In this document: positions 47,940-57,384 of the stretch, piece by piece
Layout: every line of letters begins with the position of its first letter
Position numbering within the stretch: position 1 is the first letter of the stretch
Assembly: GCA_030603365.1 (NCBI GenBank)
Contig: JAUVXV010000001.1
Span: 128,001-192,000, forward strand
Source of the DNA: Candidatus Heimdallarchaeota archaeon
GTDB taxonomy: Archaea; Asgardarchaeota; Heimdallarchaeia; Heimdallarchaeales; Heimdallarchaeaceae
DNA: 64,000 bases
Reading direction: 5' to 3'
Program-made: the position numbers and the translations under genes
Notes under the pieces: model-generated
Told to the model about the DNA's origin: nothing
The model's database searches: none
What the model saw: only the letters and a program-made list of their open reading frames with translations

Positions 47940-48530
47940 TTATTGTTGAGCATAGAGTTTCTCATAGAAGAGAACGATATTTTTCAGTAAGGTTTTGAAA
48001 GCTTCATCAACATTCTCACCAGTCTTAGCAGAAGTTTCTATGTAAGGTACAGTAAATCCTGACCAGGCAGAAAGAGATCTAGCATATTCTTCTGATTGTT
48101 CTCTCATGATTGGATCTTTCGCAGTTGCTCGCAAATCAGATTTATTTCCAATCAAAACAATTGGAACAACTCTGTTACTATTATTTTTAAGAAGTTCAGC
48201 TATCCACGAAGGAATATTCTCAAAACTTGATCTTCTGGATATGTCAAAAACCAATAAACATCCAGAAGTACCGCGGTAATAAACTTCTCGAACAGCTGAA
48301 AATCTTTGCTGTCCTGCAAGATCCCAGATCTGTGCAACAAAATCTTGATCGTCTATACGTAATCGTTTAACAGCAAAATCTGCCCCTATAGTCATAGAGT
48401 ATCCGTCTTTAAAGCCCTCACCTAAATAGGTTTTACGAAGGCTTGTCTTACCTACGGCACCATCGCCTAGTAGGGTGATTTTGAAGATTTTCCGTTGTCC
48501 GGCGCCCATTTTATGTTCCCCTTTATACAA
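47940..48530 (-). CDS. Rab-like small GTPase
   Basis: GDGAVGKT, TIGADF, WDLAGQQRF, YYRG, NKSD, ETSAK. Confidence 0.95.
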   Translation of the reverse strand: MYKGEHKMGAGQRKIFKITLLGDGAVGKTSLRKTYLGEGFKDGYSMTIGADFAVKRLRIDDQDFVAQIWDLAGQQRFSAVREVYYRGTSGCLLVFDISRRSSFENIPSWIAELLKNNSNRVVPIVLIGNKSDLRATAKDPIMREQSEEYARSLSAWSGFTVPYIETSAKTGENVDEAFKTLLKNIVLFYEKLYAQQ

Positions 48531-48700
48531 TTTATTTATTCTCTCGGATACTATTTAAATTATTTGTTATTTCTCGTTTAGCAATGTTTACCCTTTTTTG
48601 GATAATAGAATCCTTACTTTGGTTTTTTGTCATATAATTTAATTGCTTCTTTTATCATCGGAAATATAAATTAAAAAATGGAAAAGAAGGTTTACTCTAC

Positions 48701-49261
48701 TTAGTGCTCGTGTAGATTAAAAACATCGATCCAAGGATCTACAAATGAGAACAATATAAATATGAAGATAGATATGATAATTATTCCAATTATAATGATT
48801 TTTACAGATAGATTGAATTCCAATTTTTCTGTATTCTTATCAACTATTGACACAACAACACCTGTGATTAATACAACTAGTAAAACCCATGTTAATTCCC
48901 ATCCAAAGGATAAAGGTAATCCAATAATAGCTGGAGCTAAGTACCAAACTAGGAATATAATCCATGGTACCAATAAACTTGATAGTAATCTAGAAAAAAC
49001 AAATGAGTTTTTGTTTTCTATCTTCTTTCTAACCACTAAATAATCAATTCCAATTAAAAACAGGTAACCGAAAAATCCCATTTTCAAGTGTTGGAAGACT
49101 GATTCATCTTTCCCAGAAATTGCTTGAAAGAACGGATTATTATTCCAATAATAAAGATAATGGAGAATCGCAAAGAGAGCAACGAAAATTAAGCTTTTTA
49201 AGGCTATATACCCTATTTCTTTCCATTGATCTTTAGTTAATGTTTCAGTGATTTTTTTCAT
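48701..49261 (-). CDS. Membrane protein, DUF6512-like
   Basis: LHYLY.W and ESVFQHLKM; ~5 TM helices. Confidence 0.7.
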   Translation of the reverse strand: MKKITETLTKDQWKEIGYIALKSLIFVALFAILHYLYYWNNNPFFQAISGKDESVFQHLKMGFFGYLFLIGIDYLVVRKKIENKNSFVFSRLLSSLLVPWIIFLVWYLAPAIIGLPLSFGWELTWVLLVVLITGVVVSIVDKNTEKLEFNLSVKIIIIGIIIISIFIFILFSFVDPWIDVFNLHEH

Positions 49262-49387
49262 TTAATCATCTCAGAATTTTCATCCTAACTTACAACTTTG
49301 GATACTTAAAATTTCTCAAATTGCACAAAATATTTTCTTTCTTTACAGTTCAAAAAATATAAAATAGAGATATTATTCTTTTTCATA

Positions 49388-50038
49388 ATGAATCCACTTG
49401 ATGAGAAGAAGAATATGAAAATTCTTGATCTCTTAGAAGAACATTATACTAAATTTAGAGGAGGTTTAGCAAACTACTCCTCTCCTTTCCAATTGCTTAT
49501 TGCAACTATTCTAAGTGCACAGAGCACAGATAAACAAGTTAACTCAATTACTAAGAAACTTTTCTCAAATTATCCGGAACCAAGTTCTTTTGCGACAGCA
49601 ACACTAGAGGAAATAGAAAAAGCAATTTCAAAAGTTGGATTGTATAGAAATAAAGCAAAAACGATTTCCATCGTATCAAAAACGATTATCTCTGATTATA
49701 ACTCAGAGGTACCAACATCTCTAGGTGAACTGGTTAAATTGCCAGGAATAGGTCGAAAAACAGCTAATGTCCTTCTTAACGATTGGTTTGAAATCCATGA
49801 TGGGATTGCGGTCGATACACATGTAAAACGCATCTCATATCGATTGGGTTTTACAGAAAAGACTATTCCTGATAAAATCGAATTTGATCTTATGAAGATA
49901 ATCCCACAGGATAAATGGGGACGAATTACTCATCTTTTCATTTCACATGGTAGAGCAATATGTAAAGCTCAGAACCCTAAATGTCAAGAATGCTTTCTGT
50001 TGGAATATTGCCCTAGGGCCGGGGTTGATGTGGATTAA
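49388..50038 (+). CDS. nth: Endonuclease III
   Basis: LSAQSTD, LPGIGRKTA, VDTHV, C......C..C.....C Fe-S motif. Confidence 0.95.
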   Translation: MNPLDEKKNMKILDLLEEHYTKFRGGLANYSSPFQLLIATILSAQSTDKQVNSITKKLFSNYPEPSSFATATLEEIEKAISKVGLYRNKAKTISIVSKTIISDYNSEVPTSLGELVKLPGIGRKTANVLLNDWFEIHDGIAVDTHVKRISYRLGFTEKTIPDKIEFDLMKIIPQDKWGRITHLFISHGRAICKAQNPKCQECFLLEYCPRAGVDVD

Positions 50039-50156
50039 TCTATAAAAATACTTCTTTGCCTTTTGTATATTCTTTTTAAGTTGATTTTCTTAACTCTTTA
50101 ATGTAACAAAATTTATGTAGTAAACAACTACCTAGTAAAATCAAGAAAAATAAAGA

Positions 50157-52463
50157 ATGATTAAAATGTCAAAAATTGATATTCTTCCGCCTTTGTTAAC
50201 TCGTATTGGTTTTAGTGAAACTGATATCAAAGTTTATTCAGCTACACTAGGTCTTGGAAAGGTTACAATTGGTGAATTACTTGTTGTAACTGGGATAGAT
50301 CCTTTAACTCTTATTCAATCAGTAAAAAATCTAGAAGAGTTAGGTTTTCTAAAGAAAATAGCGGGTAAAACACCACAATATTTCGGAATGTTACCGTTTC
50401 TTAAGGAATATATAATTATTGAAAAAGATGCTCTTTATTCTCTAGATAGCGTAATTAATGCTCTAAAAGGATCCAAAGAGGAATATAAGCAAAAGAAAAC
50501 AAAATTTGGGGGAACTTTGGAATTAACAGGAGAAGGAACTGTTTTCGATATACATGTGGTCAGTGGTTTAATAAAACAAGTCGTAGATGCATTATCTCAA
50601 AATTATATTGATTATAGTGATCAAGCTGAATCTACAGCTTCTGAATTTGTAGGAGAAAGCTGTGCAGAAATCGAAGGGTATCTGTCGAAAGTGATGGATC
50701 AGCCTTTTGTATTTTCCACACAACTTGAAACATTTGTTCAAGAATTAAATGCTTTTGTTAAGCAATTTCATTATACTGCTAAACAAAATAATGATGTGCT
50801 TATTAAAGCAACAGATGAGAAACTAAAGTCTGCTTTTAGTAACGTTTCACAGATTATTTCAAATGGTTTGGATGCTCACACAGAAAATCACAGTGAGTTT
50901 CTAGAAAAATTGGCACCTGAACTTGATAATGTTCTCAAAGAATTAGTAAATCAAGTGACAAAGACACAAGAGTCTTTTATTGATAATTACAACAACATTT
51001 GGCAAGAAGCTTACAATTCTTGGACTTCAGAATCTAAAAAGGTTATTGAAGAATTATCAAACGAGGTAAATAACCTGTTTTCTGAGCAAATAAAACAAAC
51101 ACAAGAGCTTCGAAGAAGTGTTGAGCAGATTGACAGACAAACAAACTTTCTCTCATCAAAAATCGCCGAGGCAATAAATTCTATTGATACATCAACAGTT
51201 CTAAAATTAGGTAAAGCTCGAAAACAAATTGAATCACCATTGACTGATGCACGTGATACTGTGAGAAATCTAGCAAATGATCTGAATGAAAGTGGATTAC
51301 AACTAATAGATCAGCATGTTCTTTCACTAAACGATGTTAGAGATGCAATTCGTTCAAAGTTGGATCGTTTCCAAATTGCTGGTGAAACTACAATAAGAAC
51401 AAAGAAAAACGAACTTACTGATACCACAATTGAAAAAATAGACTTATTACCAAGTGAATTGCTTGAATTAATCCAAACTCAAGTTGAGAAATATGCTTCT
51501 TCTTCATATGATTCATGTTTAGAAGTCACTGAACAACTCAAACAAACCACAAATGAACAAATTTCTTCTACAAAAGAACAAATCTTACAAGATTTCGGTT
51601 CTCATGATGTTGGAAAGACTCAGATAATTGATAAAATTCAGAATGACACAATAAAGGAGCTAGAAAAATCACAACAAGATGTTGAAAAAATGGGTCTTGA
51701 ATTGAAAGAGAAAATTCAAAACTCTTTAGACATGTTCAAACAACGAACTACAGATAAGCAAAACCAACTGGCAACGCAGTTAACTGATGCAAAACAACAT
51801 CTGAAGGATTACAAGGATGAACAAAAAGATCAGATTGTCAAACAGATAACTGACGGTGAAGAAATACAAATTAACACACTAGTATCCCAAGTTGCATCTG
51901 TAATTAAAGATGTAGATGAAATTCTGGTGTCACAACTCGATTCACTTATGGCAAAAGCTATGACCTTTTATCAAGTTATTAATACTCGAGAGGATGAACT
52001 TCGGCAAATAGATACTGCCGCATCATCCTATTCCTTGGAAGGGCAATATAATACATCAATTATTGTTGGCGAGGAAGCAATCAAAGCAAGTATAACTGAT
52101 ATCGCCATGCGATCCAAATATGAACTTCTTCTTGTTACACCTGATGTTGATGAAGATCTTCTTAAAGAAATGATGCAATATACAAAAGCACAAAGGATTA
52201 CATTAGTCTCTTATTTTGATAAAAGGCATCAGCCTCTTCTTAGACCTCTTGCAGAAAGGTTTACTGGATTGAAACTTAAGCATTATGAAAAGAAGGATGT
52301 ATATTGTGCAATATTAGATGGAAATCATGAAGCTATCTTTGCTTTCTTAACTTCTGAAGGTGTTCCCATTGCTATCAGAACCACAAATGATTTGCTTTTA
52401 GGTCTCTTCAAATCTGCAATAAACAGAGATGTATTATTCCATTCAAGCGATGTAGAAGTCTAA
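50157..52463 (+). CDS. TrmB-like regulator: N-terminal wHTH, long helical insert, C-terminal effector-type domain
   Basis: IGFSETDIKVY...L..LEELGF...Y...P N-terminus; C-terminal I.G...I...I..A.YELL.VTP and AILDG..E. Confidence 0.7.
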   Translation: MIKMSKIDILPPLLTRIGFSETDIKVYSATLGLGKVTIGELLVVTGIDPLTLIQSVKNLEELGFLKKIAGKTPQYFGMLPFLKEYIIIEKDALYSLDSVINALKGSKEEYKQKKTKFGGTLELTGEGTVFDIHVVSGLIKQVVDALSQNYIDYSDQAESTASEFVGESCAEIEGYLSKVMDQPFVFSTQLETFVQELNAFVKQFHYTAKQNNDVLIKATDEKLKSAFSNVSQIISNGLDAHTENHSEFLEKLAPELDNVLKELVNQVTKTQESFIDNYNNIWQEAYNSWTSESKKVIEELSNEVNNLFSEQIKQTQELRRSVEQIDRQTNFLSSKIAEAINSIDTSTVLKLGKARKQIESPLTDARDTVRNLANDLNESGLQLIDQHVLSLNDVRDAIRSKLDRFQIAGETTIRTKKNELTDTTIEKIDLLPSELLELIQTQVEKYASSSYDSCLEVTEQLKQTTNEQISSTKEQILQDFGSHDVGKTQIIDKIQNDTIKELEKSQQDVEKMGLELKEKIQNSLDMFKQRTTDKQNQLATQLTDAKQHLKDYKDEQKDQIVKQITDGEEIQINTLVSQVASVIKDVDEILVSQLDSLMAKAMTFYQVINTREDELRQIDTAASSYSLEGQYNTSIIVGEEAIKASITDIAMRSKYELLLVTPDVDEDLLKEMMQYTKAQRITLVSYFDKRHQPLLRPLAERFTGLKLKHYEKKDVYCAILDGNHEAIFAFLTSEGVPIAIRTTNDLLLGLFKSAINRDVLFHSSDVEV

Positions 52464-52513
52464 TTTAACTTCTCTTTTTTCTCTTTTTATCAAATAAAGA
52501 ATTGTTGATTTAT

Positions 52514-52759
52514 CTAATCAACATAAAATTTGCATGATCGCATATCAAGTAAATGAGGAAGTTTTTGTATTAATTCCGCACGTACTAAAAGTTTTAGTCC
52601 ATGACGAACAGTTCTTGGTGCTAAGCTGCACAAATCTACAATTTCACTGCTAGTGATAGGTCCTTTTCCAATGACTATCTTATAAATTGTCACAGCACTA
52701 GGTGGTAAACCAGTTAAAAGACCTTGATTTATAGTCGGATTTTCCAAAGCTACTGCCAC
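52514..52759 (-). CDS. Small winged-HTH DNA-binding protein
   Basis: LPPSA..IY....GP.T..EI.....LAPRTVRHGL..L....D.R...Y. Confidence 0.8.
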   Translation of the reverse strand: MAVALENPTINQGLLTGLPPSAVTIYKIVIGKGPITSSEIVDLCSLAPRTVRHGLKLLVRAELIQKLPHLLDMRSCKFYVD

Positions 52760-52963
52760 TTAAATCATTTCCTTGCTTGGTTAACAACAATCGACAAGTT
52801 CTCTTTTTAAACTTATTTAAAATTGGTTTCAAGTAAGACTCTTGATTTGTTGAATTTCAAGCCTTTTTCACTAATTTTTAAGCTCCCAAGACAAACATAC
52901 AAAAAAAACATAATCTTTTCGTGTGAGTTTATATTTTTGCACTTTATCTTTCTAATTTGCTTC

Positions 52964-53015
52964 TGAGATAATTCAGGGAATTGTGTCTCCTATACAATTC
53001 TTCTGATTTTTCTCA
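52964..53015. other. Long imperfect hairpin in a 526-bp AT-rich intergenic region
   Basis: Stacked stems TGAGA/TCTCA, TCAG/CTGA and GAATTGT/ACAATTC. Confidence 0.45.
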
Positions 53016-53285
53016 AATTCACTTTTTTTTAGCAATAACATGTATGATTTATATTTATTTTTTTATTAAAGAAACATGAGAATTCTTTAATTCTAACTAA
53101 TATACATCTGTTATTTAATATGAAATTCTATTACAAAAATATGAGTAACTAACGAAAAAATAACCGTGAAATTTAATTTGTTTAGTTTTTTGCCGAAACT
53201 AACAGATTATCTGGACGTAATATATCGAAATATTTGAAAATAGTTTGTGGTGAAAATATAATCTAATATGAATACAGATAATATT

Positions 53286-53945
53286 CTAAGTAGAGCTTTC
53301 CTTGAATTTAGCAGCTAATAAATGAGCATATTGTTGGGGTATAGGTAATTTAAAATTGTTTGAACGTAGCTCTTTGATAACATTATAAGAAGATTCAAAG
53401 GAGATCTTATTACCTGGAGAAATATAAATTGGATTCCACTTTTTTGTGAAACGTTGCCTGAATCCCACATGCTTTTGATAGAGATAAATTTTATCGAGAT
53501 TGCTCTGATTGGTATCTTTATAGGTAAATGATTTCAAAGGTTTTTTAGCTACACCAATAGTTGGCATATCTGTAATAACACCAAAAATCGTTGCTGACCC
53601 TGCTACCCTTGGATGTGCAATACCATGACCATCAATTATGATAACATCGGGTATAACTGATAGCTTATCGAATAAAGATAGAAAAGAGGGAACTTCTCTT
53701 AAGAAAAGGTATGTTGGTATATACGGGAATTTCACTGTTTCCTTAACAGTTGTCTCTTCAATAATTTTTCTTTCTCTAAAATCATAAATAATTCCCGCTG
53801 CAAAAGCGTTATTCTTTTTGTAAGCTATATCAAAAGCTCCAACTGTTTTTATCTCAGAAAAATCATCTGTGAGTAACACTTTCTCTGCTAAAATTTCCTG
53901 ATATTTTCTCGCTTCTTTAATATTTGTTGGAAATTTCCTTGTCAT
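53286..53945 (-). CDS. nfi: Endonuclease V
   Basis: AFDIAY, FPYIP..L..RE, DGHG.AHPR, IGVAK, YISPG; ATG 53945 after GGAGG. Confidence 0.92.
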   Translation of the reverse strand: MTRKFPTNIKEARKYQEILAEKVLLTDDFSEIKTVGAFDIAYKKNNAFAAGIIYDFRERKIIEETTVKETVKFPYIPTYLFLREVPSFLSLFDKLSVIPDVIIIDGHGIAHPRVAGSATIFGVITDMPTIGVAKKPLKSFTYKDTNQSNLDKIYLYQKHVGFRQRFTKKWNPIYISPGNKISFESSYNVIKELRSNNFKLPIPQQYAHLLAAKFKESST

Positions 53946-53982
53946 TTTTTTATTCCTCCAAATATGAAAATGTGAATATTGA

Positions 53983-55599
53983 TTATTCATTACAATCTAT
54001 TTCTTGATTATATCTTTTATAAGCTGCAATTAAAGCATTTTTCTGAGGTACTTTGAGTATATTATCCCAAGGTAGAGAGTCTTCAGTCTTGTATTTCCAA
54101 ACAGCTTCTTGGTCCAAATTACTATCACTTTGTTTCAATACTTTTTTCCAATTTCCGATTGTATTTCCTAACTCTGATACTTTTTTTACTACTGGGAAAT
54201 ATTCCGAACCTCTCAGAGATAAGATTCTTTGTATAATTGCCCATTCAGGACCGTATAATGATACTTGTACATTCTTTATTTGATATAATTGGCTGCGATA
54301 CCATTTCTGTAGTAGTTTGGAATCTTTTACAGGAATCATTGGTGAAAACTGTAATGGAGTTTGTGCTTTTGTAATGAATTGATTCATAGATATGTTTATC
54401 TTGCCTGTTGGAAAATGATTTTTTCTGATTTGTGAGATAAAATCTTCTGTTAAATCCTTAGTTTCTAGAGGCTCACAGGGAAAACCATAGATCATATAGA
54501 GTTTTAGTTGTCTGAACCCTGCTTCCCAAGAGAGTTTTAGTGCTTCAAAAATTGATTCATCAGTCATCCTTTTGTTTAAAGCTAATCGTAGCCTCTCATC
54601 ACCAGTTTCAGGAGCCAAAGCTAGGGTTCTTTGCTTTCCCTTCTTTAATGCCTTAAGCAATCCTTCCGTTAAATAATCTGTTCTGATAGAAGAACATGAA
54701 ACTTGATAGTTTTTGGATACAATGTGTTCAATTAAATCTTCAAGATCATCAGACTGAGCAATTGCACTCCCATAAAGAACAACCTTATCGAAATCGTTAA
54801 CTTCACTTGCTTTATCTATAATCTTAATCAATGAATCTAAATCTCTAGAAGCTCTTGGAAAACGACAATGGCCCACAAAACAGAACATACATCTTTCGGA
54901 ACATCCCCTATCTGTTTCTAGATAAAATGATTTGCCAAAAATGGGTTCATTCTTTGTTCCTTTAACACCTTCTGGAATAATTTGTTTAATTGGGTAGAAC
55001 CCCTTTGAAAGATTTTTCAGTTTAACACTCTGTTTAGATTCTCCTATCCACTTTCCTTTATTATCATAATGGTGACCATATGCAATAATTCCTCGAACTG
55101 ATGCCAGTTCATCCCTCCTACCTTTCTTATTTTCATTTTGAAGCGCAATCATGAATTCATCAATAATTGGTTCAATATCTCCTAGAAAGAACGCATCTCC
55201 TAAAAACAAAACAGGAAAAGGATTGGCAGTTACAGAAGGACCCCCGCAAATGATGATTGGATCATCTTCTTTTCGTTTACGAATGTCGGGCTCAATTCCC
55301 CCTTTGATTAGTAATTCAATAGCTTGAATATAATCATGTTCAAATTGGCATGAAATTGCTAGAACATCAAAATCGGAAAGACTTTTCTGGTTCTCTAGAG
55401 AATAGGGTGCAATGTTTGGATTTAAAGGCTTGAAAATGCGTTCGCAAATGAAATTTTCCCAACTATTGAAAAGAAAATAAAGCAATTGAACTCCTAAACT
55501 GGTCATTGCTACTCTGTAAGTGTTTGGATACACTAATCCAATCTTTATCTTCTCTGGGGTCCAAGATTTTCTAATGGCATTCTGTTCTTTAATCTGCAT
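53983..55599 (-). CDS. B12-binding-domain radical SAM protein
   Basis: YPNTY...SLG, GGP, RGCSERCMFC, APETG, KLYMIYG.P. Confidence 0.88.
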   Translation of the reverse strand: MQIKEQNAIRKSWTPEKIKIGLVYPNTYRVAMTSLGVQLLYFLFNSWENFICERIFKPLNPNIAPYSLENQKSLSDFDVLAISCQFEHDYIQAIELLIKGGIEPDIRKRKEDDPIIICGGPSVTANPFPVLFLGDAFFLGDIEPIIDEFMIALQNENKKGRRDELASVRGIIAYGHHYDNKGKWIGESKQSVKLKNLSKGFYPIKQIIPEGVKGTKNEPIFGKSFYLETDRGCSERCMFCFVGHCRFPRASRDLDSLIKIIDKASEVNDFDKVVLYGSAIAQSDDLEDLIEHIVSKNYQVSCSSIRTDYLTEGLLKALKKGKQRTLALAPETGDERLRLALNKRMTDESIFEALKLSWEAGFRQLKLYMIYGFPCEPLETKDLTEDFISQIRKNHFPTGKINISMNQFITKAQTPLQFSPMIPVKDSKLLQKWYRSQLYQIKNVQVSLYGPEWAIIQRILSLRGSEYFPVVKKVSELGNTIGNWKKVLKQSDSNLDQEAVWKYKTEDSLPWDNILKVPQKNALIAAYKRYNQEIDCNE

Positions 55600-56890
55600 C
55601 TTTTCTTTTCCTTCTCAAAGTATAATTTTGTGTTCCGAAATATATTGATTCAGCAGGTACATTTTCGTTTATTATTGTACCTGCCCCTATCCAGGAATTA
55701 TGACCTATTTTTATTCCTGGCATTATTAAAACACCAATACCTGTTTCAACACCTTCACCAACAATCGCACCCAGCTTTCTTTTACCACTATCTTCCCTTT
55801 TTTCTTTGATAATTACTGGTATGCTTTTCTTATCCAATCGTAGATTTGCTGTAATAGTTCCAGCACCAAAATTGCAGTTTTCATCAATTATTGAATCACC
55901 AATATAAGATAAGTGTGCAGCATGCGTATTGTCTCCTAGAATTGAATTCTTAATTTCACAACCGTTCCCTACTCTTGATTTCTTTCCGAAATAAGAGTAT
56001 TTTCTGATATAGCAGTTTGGACCTATATCTGATCCTTCATCAAAGAATGCTGGACCCTCAATGTATGTGCCACTTCGTAAAATAGCATTCTTTTTCAGGA
56101 TTATTTTACCTTTTATTTGAACATTGTTTTCAATTGTTCCTTCAATTTCTTCTTCGATTCGGGATAGAAGTGTCTTTGTTGCCTCTGATAGGGACCAAGG
56201 ACGACCAAGATCAAACCAATAGTCATCTTCTTCTAACTTTACCAAACGCTTCTTATACTGATTATCTTCCAGTAGAATATTTACTGCATCTGGTATCTCA
56301 TATTCTCCTCTAGGTGAGATTTCATTATTCTCCTCTTGTTCCATGAGAATTTTGAATATATCCTTGTTTAGTGAATAGATCCCTATGTTTGCAAAACCTT
56401 CTGATATTTCACCATTGCTTGGTTTTTCAATTATTCTTCTTGGTATTCCTTCCTTCTCTTCCAGTATTATACCAAAATTTTCAATATCTTTAGTGAGTTT
56501 TCCACCAACAGAAATAATACCTTCCTTAGCAGCTGCAACCGTTTGTGTAATTAGGGATTCTGAATACAAACAATCACCATTAACACCAATAAAGTAATTT
56601 TCTGATATATGGCTCTTGGCTAGAAGAAGCGCATTCCCAGTGCCTTTAATTTCTTCTTGATGAACATAAGAAATATCTGCAGTTGGAAAATGATTAGCTA
56701 AGAAGCTTTTGATTTTTTCTTCCAAATAATTTGTAACAATAACAAACGAATTTACATCACTTCTGAGAAAAGAATCAATTAATCTTTTCAAAATAGGTAC
56801 TCCTAAGACTTTCAGGAGAGGTTTTGGGACATTATCTGTTAAAGGTCGTAACCTTACTCCTTCTCCAGCAGCTAGTATGACAGCTTTCAT
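55589..56890 (-). CDS. glmU: Bifunctional sugar-1-phosphate nucleotidylyltransferase/acetyltransferase (archaeal GlmU-like)
   Basis: LAAGEG.RL.PLT...PK, RGEYE, hexapeptide repeats, HLSY.GDS. Confidence 0.88.
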   Translation of the reverse strand: MKAVILAAGEGVRLRPLTDNVPKPLLKVLGVPILKRLIDSFLRSDVNSFVIVTNYLEEKIKSFLANHFPTADISYVHQEEIKGTGNALLLAKSHISENYFIGVNGDCLYSESLITQTVAAAKEGIISVGGKLTKDIENFGIILEEKEGIPRRIIEKPSNGEISEGFANIGIYSLNKDIFKILMEQEENNEISPRGEYEIPDAVNILLEDNQYKKRLVKLEEDDYWFDLGRPWSLSEATKTLLSRIEEEIEGTIENNVQIKGKIILKKNAILRSGTYIEGPAFFDEGSDIGPNCYIRKYSYFGKKSRVGNGCEIKNSILGDNTHAAHLSYIGDSIIDENCNFGAGTITANLRLDKKSIPVIIKEKREDSGKRKLGAIVGEGVETGIGVLIMPGIKIGHNSWIGAGTIINENVPAESIYFGTQNYTLRRKRKDAD

Positions 56891-56917
56891 TCGTTATTGT
56901 CACCTTTGAAAAGTGGT

Positions 56918-57259
56918 TTACACTTCAAAAACTTCTTCATCAACAGTCTCTTCAACGGCAGATATTCTTGTTTTTCTTATATCATTTATACTCTTAATTA
57001 GATCATGAGCTTTTTCGTTATTGAAAATATCTTTGAATGCTACCCACTGTTCAAGAGAAGTGATGAATAGACCTTTACCTCTTCTTTTCAAAGGAATTCC
57101 TTCTTCATTTACTGGAATAATCTCTAGTCCAAAACTATCTTCATCACCTTTACTTGGTAATTTTACAATAGTTACACCTAATACGCTTGTTTTTTTCTTA
57201 TCCCAATCTTTCATTTCTTTACCAAAATCTTTCAATCGATCTACTAAACCTGATGTCAT
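56918..57259 (-). CDS. Conserved archaeal hypothetical protein
   Basis: 113-aa ORF with MKDW.K...GV.IVKLP...LEI.P motif. Confidence 0.7.
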   Translation of the reverse strand: MTSGLVDRLKDFGKEMKDWDKKKTSVLGVTIVKLPSKGDEDSFGLEIIPVNEEGIPLKRRGKGLFITSLEQWVAFKDIFNNEKAHDLIKSINDIRKTRISAVEETVDEEVFEV

Positions 57260-57384
57260 AAGCTTTCACTGAAGATAAACAGTTAATTTAATTTTTAAAC
57301 CCTCCCCTCTTTGAGGTTCTAGTATAAAGAATACTCATCTAGCAAGGAATCCATTTAAAAAATACTATGAAAGAGATTAATTAG

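Noticed and set aside
57298-57318. Hairpin AACCTC/GAGGTT in a divergent promoter region
   Set aside because: Single 6-bp stem with no further support
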